Of a DNA stretch of 64,000 bases, positions 1 to 11,187 are shown piece after piece (within the stretch, counting starts at the first letter, position 1; every line of letters begins with the position of its first letter). The stretch spans positions 372,001-436,000 of the forward strand of contig OZ287699.1 in NCBI GenBank assembly GCA_965649825.1, given 5' to 3'. This DNA comes from Penicillus capitatus (taxonomy: Eukaryota; Plantae; Chlorophyta). The notes beneath the pieces were generated by a model. The model was not told the DNA's origin. It saw nothing but the letters and a program-made list of their open reading frames with translations, and searched no databases. The position numbers were made by a program, and so were the translations under genes.

Positions 1-776
1 CTGGTCAATAGAACTACATTTAGATAAGAAACGATCCGATCTCGCTTAAAAAGGAGATCAAAACATCGAGTAAACGAAGAACCAAAGAAAAAGCCGCGAA
101 CGTCTTCTCTGGCAAACAGGCAGGAGCCTTCAAACTTCGATCAAACTTTTATCGAGGTTTCACTAACGCAAGATTACTGATCACATCGATGCTCGATGCC
201 AACAAACATACTCTTAAGTTAGGGGAAGGCCACTGTCTGGCCGAAGCATCCGATATCTGCAAAAGTGCCACATAAAAGACATGCATCTCAGTGGCAGTTT
301 GATTTGCAGAAAAGCGAAACAAACATAGTATTGTGGAAGCTCGTGTATCCGCAAAGACAAAATGATTAAAAACACATCGAGAAACGAAAGGGTCGATCTG
401 CGAAAGAGTGCACCTACTCTCCATGCGGGTGTAGCGCTTCGAAGGCATCATTATCCGTCCCTATAAGAGAGAGACTAACGAGATCATCTTCTATTGTCGC
501 CTTTGAACGATCGCTCGGCGAGTGCGGCGAGCGACAATCGTTGTGAAGAGTATTTACATCATTGTCTTCTACGCCGCGAAATCGGCCGATCGACATCACG
601 CAACGATCAGCTGTCGCGTCACGTCACATCGCTAGCTCTAGCGATCTTGTCTGAACAAGTCTGACGGCGGTAGGGCGGGCTAAAGGACGAAAACGAAAAC
701 ATCGGCACGCTGGCCGGCGTGACAGCATTGCTCTCTGGCACAACGGAATATTCCATTCTGTCCTCACTCCTCTATA

Positions 777-1780
777 CCTTTTCCATCCCAATTTCAATAA
801 AAGTAAGAACGTATTCAAAACGAAAAAACCAAACTCAATATGCGTATTATCAATTTGAAAAACTAAATTTCAGCTCCGAATCCAATGAATTCATTTTCAA
901 ATACTCCATGTCCGAATTCAAATCAAATGATTTCATTTTAGAAGAACGTCATCTTTTTTCAAGAGCGAACCGTTCATTTTGAAAATCTGTCGACAAATTA
1001 CATCAACTGTTACTTCAATTTAATTTGCTGTCAACCCTTTTTCAATTACTGCCAAAGCGATTTGAAATCGGTCTCAAGATGTCAAGAGTGACATCACACC
1101 TATGAGACTGACTCCAAAAAAAAGCAAAAACAATTCAAAACAACTCTTTGCCACCCATCCTCTTGCAGTTGAATATGGAATGCCATTCTTGGAAGCCATG
1201 TCCTTCCAGTCCCTACCTTGCCTCGCTTCTTCTACCACCTGAGGCGAGCTGAACGTCGAGTCTTTTTGTAAACTCCACGTTTTGATCCTGGCTTAGTCCC
1301 TCTTCTTCGAGGCTGTGGAATTGTTTCTTCATTCATGCCTAAAACAAAGTAAAGAAACACCAAGGGACAAACGCCACTCACTTGTTGCCGAAATACTCGT
1401 GTCGAGAACGCTCCAAAGGGGGCGAAGAATCTCTTGTCCAATTGGAACGTCTGCAAGCTCCATTGACGGGACACAGAATTGAGATTATATTTATAATTGC
1501 TTTAATCTTTTTTGAAGATGAGATAATGTTCATTGAAAATGAATGGATATCTTTTGTAAACCAACGACATATTTTTTAAATGAATTGACTTGTTTTGAAA
1601 TGAGAAATTATTGTTTCAATTTGATGTTACCGGATGGGAAATCGTTGTCATAGAGATTGAAAATGGAGTCGTCATTTGTGAAAGTAAAATATTGGGTTTC
1701 AAAATGATTCTGTACTTTTTGAAAACCATTTTTCTGTTTTGAATACGTTCTTACTTTTATTGAAATTGGGATGGAAAAGG
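777..1780. mobile_element. Non-autonomous DNA transposon (MITE-like), 1004 bp, with 45-bp perfect terminal inverted repeats
   Basis: 777-821 (CCTTTTCCATCCCAATTTCAATAAAAGTAAGAACGTATTCAAAAC) is the exact reverse complement of 1736-1780. TATA flanks both sides (773-776, 1781-1784). The interior is AT-rich and has no transposase. Confidence 0.85.
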
Positions 1781-2514
1781 TATAGACACACCTTTGGTAC
1801 CCTCTTGGCTAGAAAAGAGCGATCTCATCGTGTTGTTCGTCGTCGAAGCGGACGGAGCTAGTGTTTCTGACAACGAGGAGTCCATTCACGATGAAGCGCG
1901 ACCGTCTTATTCCGTTTTCTCGAGAGCCTCTGAACCTCGACGAGCGCTTCACTCAGATCGATTTCATTTTCACATCGAGTGCTTCCTGTCCAGGCGATTG
2001 CGATGTTCCATGGAGGCATTTGTCCAGCTGAAGCGATACAAGAATTCTGTCTTCGTCCTCCACAATATCCACATCCGGTTTTGCGCGATCGGTTTGCCGA
2101 TGGACGAGGCCATGTAACCAACAGGATACATATATCAGATGACTTTAGATGAAACGTGCATTTGGTAGAGTGTCTTGCAGAGAGTCCGTTTCTCATCATT
2201 TCTTAGCTATTATAGCCTATGGTATAAAGCCAGAGATCAAGAGGAACAAACAACACTCGCTCGACATCGCAAGAAAAGTAACATAAAATAGCCATCCTCG
2301 AACAATCCAGACAAGAATCCCTCAAAGAAGCGAAAAAATAAATGTGGTGCCATGAATCAAACTTCTAGTAACGTTGGATGATGAAGATGAAGCTACTGAA
2401 TTCTGCAGAACGCGATTCCGCGTTTCTTCGCGCGGGCCGTGCCGCCGTCCTCAGCACCAACTCCTTCCCGATCCCTGCAAGAGTCATCTCAAGGAGAGAC
2501 GACCAGGAGAATCG

Positions 2515-4099
2515 TCAGACGCACTTTTGGCGATGCGCATCAACGGCCTGCGCTTCGCCGTTCACTGAGGCATCGTCCTTCTTCTTCTTCTCAATCTCGT
2601 TCCCCCCTATCAACTTTGCGTACTTCTCTAGCATCAGTGCCTGTGCTTGACGTTGTGCCGCCGTTGCGGTCTGTGCTTGATCATCGATCTCTTTGAATGA
2701 GAGGCAGGCGATCAGAGTCGACCATCCGTCTTCAATGAATCCTAGCCTCTTGTCTCGCAGCACTTTGGTCTCCATAAAGTGTTGCCAGCCCCAATTCGAA
2801 GTTCCCTTTTCGAATCTATGCTCGAGCTCTGTGCCATCACTCCTCAGCACAGTGTGACAGTAAAGAGACGGACACCTTGGGTGATGCTGTGCTTCTCTGT
2901 GCGATGGTTGAGCACTTTCATTCTGAGCTTGACTTGTGTAGCACAGGATCCTGTGCAGACGAGATATACACCATAGAAACCTCCACCGTCGCTCCTCTCG
3001 AAATGCTCGAGCTTCAGCTTCCTGCACCGAACGCATCTGTCTTCCCGGATCGCCGCAAGACATGACAGATGTCCTCACCAAGTGGCGTTTGCCGTGCGGA
3101 TCTCGTCGGAGTAGATCTTCGAATCCACCATCTCCTTCAAATCGCGCAGCTGCCACTGCAACAGCCCTCCCATCTGACACGACTTCAGACGTCTGACAGG
3201 CTTACGGTGATGACGCATGGATTCCCTTTGGTGCTGACGATGAGGTTCTCGTTCAGTGGAGAGACCAGACTGATATTCAGTCCGATCGTAAAGCAACCCT
3301 TCTCCATGTGACCAGCATTCGGATCTCGCACAACAGATGCCGAGTTCTCTTTCCCCTCAAACCCCCACAGCGACCCTGGCTCGAATACTCGACGCGTTCC
3401 TGACACGCGCTCGAATTCAACGCGAGAACGTAGGGTGAGTGCTAGATGTGACCTCCACTCATTGTTTTGGACCAGTCCAAGTGATTTGTCAACTGAACGT
3501 TGAAGCGAATCTCCACCGGTTCAGTGTTGGAGGATTTAAGGTACATGCCGATACGTCCATCCTTGTTTTTCACACCAAGCTGCCTGAGGAGATGCAGAGA
3601 TAGAGTAAGTAAGAACCTCGAGACGCGAGATGTGCGGCTCACCACTGAAGTCCTGCGACGGAGAACGTGTCTGTCATGAATTCCGTGGTGTCTGAGTCTA
3701 ATAGATATCTGTGAATATGACACTGCCGAAGACCCCGGGTCAGGATTGACTCCTCTTTGTGGCGTCTGCTCACTTCGTATCGTCCCGAGAGTCGTTTTGT
3801 CTGGAGAGTGTATGCATAGTTCACGCCATTGCTTGACCCGCTTCCCCTGAACCGCCAGTCGAAGACATGACGCGATTCGCGGAGCGTAACGCACTTGCGG
3901 TCGCTGCTGCGTCTACTCATGAAACGCGCGTCTGTCGAAGCGAAGAAAGGGTGTGAAGGCAGACACCGAGATAGGAAACCGCGACGTCGTAGATGACGCG
4001 GCTCTTCGAGCTTTTTCTGTGGGATGAATCGTACGCGTGGTCGAGCGGTTGAAAGAATGTCACGTCGTAGGAGAGTCGTCCAAGCGACGTCGACGTCAA
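2515..4099 (-). CDS. MATH/TRAF-domain protein, apparently two MATH domains, multi-exon; ends uncertain
   Basis: MATH-like segments GRIGMYLKSSNTEPVEIRFNVQLTN, FEPGSLWGF and EHRFEKGTSNWGWQHFMETKVLRDKRLGFIEDG occur in successive exon ORFs (3442-3894, 3185-3406, 2515-3180). Confidence 0.7.
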
Positions 4100-6180
4100 C
4101 AGTTGAGATCGATAGCATGGATTCCTGTCCTCATAAGAAATCTAGCAGCATCCGTCACTAGATCGACAAAAGACGCACGACTTTACTGTTAACGCTGGAG
4201 ATATCTGTCTCCTGCTCCAATTTGCGGAGACAAGAGCTCGGTCAGGGCTCGATACGTTTCATCGGAACAATCACAGCAGCTGCCACATGCACAGTCGACC
4301 GGAGTATGTCCGTCCGTCTTTGTCTTGGAGAGTCTTCGATGCTTCGACAGATTGAAGGACCTGAATCAAACCACCGAACGAGAAAGATGAATTTTGCGAC
4401 GCCAATCGCGAACGACATTGGAGGTGAAGGTCACTCCATTGGCTGAGAAGATCTTTTCAATGAGAACCTCTTTATTTACTCACCGAGAAACGGTATCACA
4501 GTCTTTAGATCTGGCCCAACCGTTAGGCGTGTTTCCAGTTAACGACGTTAGAATTAGATGCCACCACGGAGTGCCTTGTTTCAGCTGAACGCGATCTGAA
4601 AGCAGGGATGGACTATATCACCTATCCGTTCTCACTTGTATACAATATAGGCGTCACGCAGTTCTTCTGTCTGAAGTCAGCAACAAACAGCACACAGATT
4701 CACGCAGTCTTGCACGCCGCTACACGTTTTTCCACAAAAGCAAGCTCATTCGAACGTTCAGTCTGACCACTCTCAATCATTCCGAGTTCCCGCTTAGGGA
4801 AAAGGCTTCCGCTGCGCAAGAAATGCAGAAAACGGAGAGCTTCACGAAAGTGGACTAGAGAGAGGGAGGAACAGCAACCTTGCCCCAACATGTCCACCGA
4901 TATCTGGCGACTGAGGTGCGCAAAGATCTGTTATGCGGAACCTTTTTTGCTCCACTCATCTAGAAAACAGACACCGCAACAAAGTGTAACGATCCAACAA
5001 CGCCTCCTTCCTGATTCTTTCGATGCGATCCACAAATCTCATGAGCATCGCATCACAGCTCAGTTAGTTGACCGTGACGTCACAGGTGATATGACCCATG
5101 GTTTTGATTTCTCTAAGTATCCCAACGGAACGCGGATCACCGTATCGAAGTAAGCAGAAAGTGCGTGGAAGTCTGCGACGATCTCTCTGGCTCGCTCACC
5201 GCCTTCTGTGAGATGTTCTTTCCCGAATGCCTCTCAGGACAAAAATCGTCCATGCAACGTCATCAAAACCATTAGCAGTCTTCAGTCCGTGATGCTGACA
5301 CCAACCCTTTAAATACAAGCTGTCACATCACTTCTCTAGCTCCCTCGATTCAGCTCGATCAAGATCAGAGTCTCGACAACGGCTAGTGGCGAGGGCAAGG
5401 AATCCATTATCTTGTCAATATATGTCGTGTTCGTTGTCAATGCGGTATCCCTCAGTACGATGAGATTGGTGCAAGACGTGGGCATCTGCTGGTTGTTTAC
5501 TCGAGCAATTCCGCGAACAATGTTCTGCTCACGAAAGAATCGCCGATATAAAAAACCTCTTCCCCGAGGACAGGTACCACATCAAACCCAAACGATGCAT
5601 TTCATACTCCCTGAGATCCGCCCTCGTCTTCTGAGATACCTCCAAGATCCCGGGCCGTCTTCCATTCCAAGCAGACGTATGGAGATCGCAGCCCTTACCG
5701 ACAGAAACACACTCGACCAGAAAGCACCTCTGCCAGCTTTACCAAGACTCCCGACAGTATTGGAGCTAACGAAACCCATCCAGCTGTACTGATGGTTTAG
5801 ATAATCTCCTTCGCTGAAGACGATGAAGAAGTTGCCATGGTCACGCCTTTCTCACTCTCTTCGCACAAAGAACGCGTCAGTGTCGGCCGAATTCTGAATA
5901 CCGTTTTTGCGAAGTCTTTCAACAGTGCCACTCTGGCGACGGCCGCAATCCGCCATGCTGGACAGGTCGCCGAATGCTGTCGCATAGCAGCATACATCAT
6001 TCTCAAAGAGGGCTCGTTGGACTACTTCTTGACAGCAGAAGGTTTCCCTTGGCGTCGCCTCGTTCTTCACCTTCCGACGCTTTGCTCCCAGCATTGTCTG
6101 ACATGACATGAGAGATCGCGACCTTTTACAGATTTCACGTCTCTGCGTTTCCCCCTTGCACCACCACATCGCCGTCGAGG

Positions 6181-7893
6181 ATGCAGACACGATCGTCGCC
6201 GTCGGTTCTCACCGCCCCTCGCGGCGTCGGTTTTCTGACACCACGGACGGCGTCGTCTTCACGTGTCGCCTCGTCTTTCCCGGGAACGGTCGATCGAACC
6301 CTGATCGCCCCCCGACGTTCGCATCCGATGAGCCGCTCGAGAAACGCCGCCGTCTACGTTACGGCGATCAAAGACGGCGAGGGGCTTGATCGTCCACTTC
6401 GCGTGGCTGTGGTCGGTGGTGGCCCTGCCGGAGCCTGCTGCGCCGAGACTCTGGCCCAAGGTGGCATCGAGACCTACCTCTTCGAACGCAAACTCGATAA
6501 CTGCAAAGTGCATGTCCTCAGAACGACACGTCTGTGCTCACGCGTGCGTGCTCGTAGCCGTGCGGCGGTGCCATTCCTCTGTGCATGGTCGACGAGTTTA
6601 ATCTACCGGAGAGCATCATCGACCGCAAAGTGACAAAGATGAAGATGATCTCGCCTTCCAACAGAGAAGTGGATGTCGGCAAGACGCTCGGAGAGAACGA
6701 GTACATCGGCATGCTTCGCCGAGAAGTGCTGGATGCCTACCTGCGCGATCGGGCAAAGGAACACGGGACGACTGTGATCAACGGCCTCGCAAAGTCTGTC
6801 AAACTTCCACAAGGCAGCGAGGGACCCATCAAGATTCTCTACAACAACTATGACAACGTGGATGGAAAGGTCAGCCGAGTGGGAGAGCGATGTGTGATGC
6901 TGGAAGTTGGTTGGGAGCGGTAGGGTCGTGTGGGCGAGGCTGGGGAATTGGAGGTGGATCTGGTTGTCGGTGCAGACGGTGCCAACAGCAAAGTGGCCGG
7001 AGCGATCGATGCCGGTGACTACGACTATGCCATTGCCTTCCAGGAACGGATGCGCATCCCAGACAACAAGATGGAATACTATAAGGTCGGTATCCACAAT
7101 AGCCATTGCCACTCTGATCTTTACGATCGTTGGTCGACAGGATCTGGCAGAGATGTATGTCGGAGACGATGTGTCGCCGGATTTCTACGGCTGGGTGTTT
7201 CCCAAGTACGATCACGTCGCCGTCGGAACGGGGACGGTGATCAATAAGACAGCGATCAAGGATTACCAACAGGCGACACGAGACCGATCAAAGATCAAGA
7301 CGGAAGGCGGTAAAATCATCCGCGTCGAGGCGCATCCCATTCCGGAACATCCTCGGCCCAACAGAGTCAAGGGACGCATCGCTCTCGTGGGAGACGCTGC
7401 TGGATACGTGACCAAATGCAGCGGCGAAGGCATCTACTTTGCGGCCAAGTCTGGAAGAATGTGCGCCGAGGCGATCGTCGAGGGATCCGAACGCGGAAAG
7501 AAGATGGTCGGCGAGGCAGCCTTGCGTGTTTATCTAGACAAATGGGACAAGAAGTACTGGGCGACGTACAAGGTCTTGGACATCCTGCAGAAGGTGTTCT
7601 ACAGGTCTCATCCCCTCGCGATGTCGTAGAGTGATGAAGGGAAGTGTACCTCTAGGTCGAACCCTGCACGAGAAGCATTTGTGGAGCTCTGTTCAGATGA
7701 CTACGTGCAGAAGATGACCTTCGATTCGTATCTGTACAAGACAGTGGCTCCGGGCAACCCGGTGGATGACTTTAAGCTGCTCGTCAAAACCGTCAGCAGC
7801 CTGATTCGAGCAAACGCGCTGCGGCAATCCAAGAACGGAACGAGCGTTACGTTCGCTTCGAGAGAGAAGGAAGGCGTCGCTGCCCGAGTTTGA
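6181..7893 (+). CDS. CHLP: Geranylgeranyl diphosphate reductase, plastid-targeted, about 5 exons
   Basis: Ser/Arg-rich transit peptide, then LRVAVVGGGPAGA, ERKLDNCK/PCGGAIPLCM, VGADGANS, VSPDFYGWVFPK, LVGDAAGYVTKCSGEGIYFA and FDSYLYK. Confidence 0.97.
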
Positions 7894-8102
7894 GACGCGG
7901 ATATGATTTTGTTCGAAAGAATGAGAAGAAAGCAGATTTTCAATTATCGGATATTTTGAGCGTTTTGTGGTGACCGTTGTGAAACCCTTACTCATCTCGT
8001 GCAGATTCTCTTCGTCGAGCGGCCTGTTCATGTAGACCCACAAAGGCACCTACCAGATGCAATCCACGCATCGTGTCACATTCGTGGCAGACAGACAGGC
8101 AG

Positions 8103-9232
8103 CTAGGTATCACCTGCAGCATGATAGGGACGTGGCCCTCCAAAATGCAACATCAAGGCACGCTTGTTGTTTCGTACAGCTGCGCCTTGGCGAGAAGAGC
8201 AGGAACTGCATTGAGGATAGAATCTCTGGACGGGTGGCTGAAACGAAATGTCCAGTAGGTGTGTGATCTGCACAAGAACATTATCTCTGGACCGATGGAA
8301 TGGCACACACCATTCTTGCTTGTTTTCCAAATCCAAGTCGATCTGCCACGGACAGGGGATCGGCCAAGAGAGTGAACTTGGTTGGCGGAATGTGATCCGC
8401 AATGAATTTTCCAGATTTCGTTCCTTGAAGCACCCAGCCCAGCCTCACGGTCAGCCGCATCCACCAGGTGTGCACTTACCGCAGCTGTGACAGCCGTACC
8501 GTTTGAAGAACTCTCCGATCTCATTTCTCTCATTTGGCGTGGCATGAAACGAGACCCGTGCAGGAAGAGACTGTACGGCATAGGCACCCGGATGGAAGAG
8601 ATCGCTCGGCATGACATTGCGGAATCTTCCTCCCAAGAACTGCAGACAGAAACAACCATAGTGCACACCTGCATAACAAGACATCAATGCTTATCTTCCG
8701 CACCTTGTAGCAGGACAGTCCGATAATGATGTCCGTGATGACATGGTCCGAGCGGTATTTCCAAAAGGCAGGGTGTGAGATGGCATCAGGACCGTGGGAC
8801 TGCAGAAGGTGTGAGCATTTGGAGAATTGTGCAGCTGTGACAGAGGCCATGGCGACGCCTGTCGCTCCCAAAAGGCTGCTCAGTATCGGCGTTGCGCATG
8901 ATACACGACAGCAGTACCCAATCGTCTGCCAGTCGACATTTCTCGTACACGGACAGCATCGATGGTGCCTCGCACCTGAGCGGCAAAGAGTCCCAATGTG
9001 TAACCAGTCGTCGCCACAAAAGCATGCAACACGAAAGATGAGAGATCCAGCGCAACACGTCCCAGATCTCTTCCGGCACTCCGTTGCCAAGACCTTCGGC
9101 AGTTTTCCGTCCTGAATGGTTTGTACTCGAGATTGACACGTGATATACTTCAGACGCTGTTGCGCTTTCCTGCGCTGGGTTGACCAGTCGAAGTGCGTTA
9201 TCCTGAATTCACCGACGGACGATCGTAGGCAT
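8103..9232 (-). CDS. Protein with hydrophobic N-terminal half and C-terminal HNH-like (CxxC...DHxPP...CxxC) nuclease domain; start approximate
   Basis: Spliced exons give FLGGRFRNVMPSDLFHPGAYAVQSLPA...YGCHSCGTKSGKFIADHIPP...QRFYPQCSSCSSRQG. A GTAAG...CAG intron splits the CxxCG motif. Confidence 0.7.
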
Positions 9233-11187
9233 TAAGGGGTGCGGAATTGCCTTTGTCTGCGATAGGAGGTGGCGGCTGTTCGTCGGAATGTCGTCACGAG
9301 TCTTGGCATTCCTCCACCAACACGATGACGTGACGTGTGTGCTGTCCTGTCGCTTTCATGATGTGACGTCGTGTCTGTGCACCGTCACTTGCCAAGGCAA
9401 TCCTTAAATGGTCACACTTTTTCATTCGTTTCGACTGGTCTCTCTCCTTCTCAGTGTTTTCGCCTACTTCGTCGCCGGGATGTTATAGCCATCGACGAAC
9501 AACGGCGCCCAGCCGAATGCCGTCATCATCACATGGAAGGCTTAGACGACAACGTGGATTCGATGACATTGATCTGATCAATCAAAAGAAATGGATCGGC
9601 TGCGCGAAACAATGCTCTGTTTTGTTCATTTGTGTTACCGACGGGCTGGACGCTGAAAGGCCGCCTTATTCTCTCTTACTTGTTGCAGACCATACACACC
9701 TGTCAAGGTCAAGAACGAGACACACTTTAGTCTCCGAGGAGTCGATTCGATTACGGTTCTGTCTCCAGGAAACCTTCACCAGATTCTCACAAAGAACTTA
9801 CCTGCGTCTTCCACGCATCTCTTGGCTGCTGGATGGACCTGACGTCGACTGTTCTCGTAAAGGAGAGAAGAGAGCGATATTTCACGCTCCTGGGACTTCA
9901 GACGCAAAGACACCTTCAAAAGTATAATGAATTTGAGCTGGCCCATCTTCGAAGAATGGGGAATACCTAGAAGAGGAAGCCAATCCTTCTTTCCTTGTGG
10001 TGCCACCACATCATTGTCTTTAACGCGAAGTCATCACATCACCGTCGATGCCGATCGTTTCTTGGTTTGTCTGTCCGAAAGAAGGATCCATTCGAGCCGA
10101 ATGTTGGATGGAACCCTGGACGACGATAATATCTGAAGCGTTTATCTGCTGCAGCCTACTGATCTCGTCGGGAGGATTGCCACCAAGAGCAAACAGCTTC
10201 CTGTAAAGATCAATCTGGTCCAAGTGCATTGGCTGTCCTCGTGCATGAATGAAAGACATCTTTCACGAGCCCACTGAGAAGCAGCTCTGAAAAAGTCAGA
10301 TCGATTGTTTGATGTAGATGGTCTGCCAGTTGGATTCTGAGGCGTCTTTGCTGTCAGACCGACGCGTAACTCGTAATCTCACTCTTTCATAACAGAGTGT
10401 TGTCATCTATACTGTTCTGGGCCGTGTGGATCGCAGATGCCGGCCTCCAGCGGTCTGACAGACACGTCGTCGGTCCTGCCTTATCTGATTTCATCTTCGA
10501 CTGTCGCATTGGAACATTCCTGCGTCGCGCATCTCGTAATTGCAAAAAACAGACGTCTTATCGCCTCTATGGACGGCCTAGATCTCGAGTCTTTATCCAT
10601 CTGTGTTTTCAGTGCATCTGTGAAGTTTCCTGTGAAGAATTCGGGTACATCAACCGACCTTAGTGCTCATTGGACTTGACGACCGTCACCTTCAGCTTTC
10701 TCGATTAAGCAAATCTTTTCGATGTTACATTCGTCTGATCGAGAAACAGCCGTACTTCATTTCTGAACCTTATTTGTCGGTCGATGTTTTCCGTCCACAA
10801 AAAGTTCGACGACGAATTCGACGAGGTAAAGCCAAGACGCATTTCTCTCGACAACTAAGCCAATTTCCGTCCGCAGAACGACGTCAAGAGCCACAGCGAG
10901 TCTTTCTACCCTAAAAAGATGAACGACGGTTCCCTCCACTGCGCCAAACCCTCAGAACAGCGGGCGGGAAAGAAAAACGACCGTGCCCTAACGAAGACGG
11001 TAAGGATACCGAACTCTTCCGCCTGTCCCGCCATGGTCGGTGTTTTCCCAGCACGAGCGTTCAACGGTCGCCGAAGAATGCGCAGTCATCGAAGACTGTC
11101 CGAAGAAGCCGGTCGCTAGCGAAGTCTGGGTGCCGTACCGACTAGGAACACCTCATACGATCAACGTGGTCGACGCCGCGCGACGCA

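Noticed and set aside
149-599. Minus-strand ORFs at the window start
   Set aside because: Probably part of a gene, but I recognised no motif and could not establish an exon structure.
5300-6110. ORF fragments divergent from CHLP
   Set aside because: No recognisable family and conflicting possible splice frames.
9370-10940. Several short ORFs on both strands between the HNH-like and NLR-like genes
   Set aside because: Likely a spliced gene, but strand, frame and family could not be determined.
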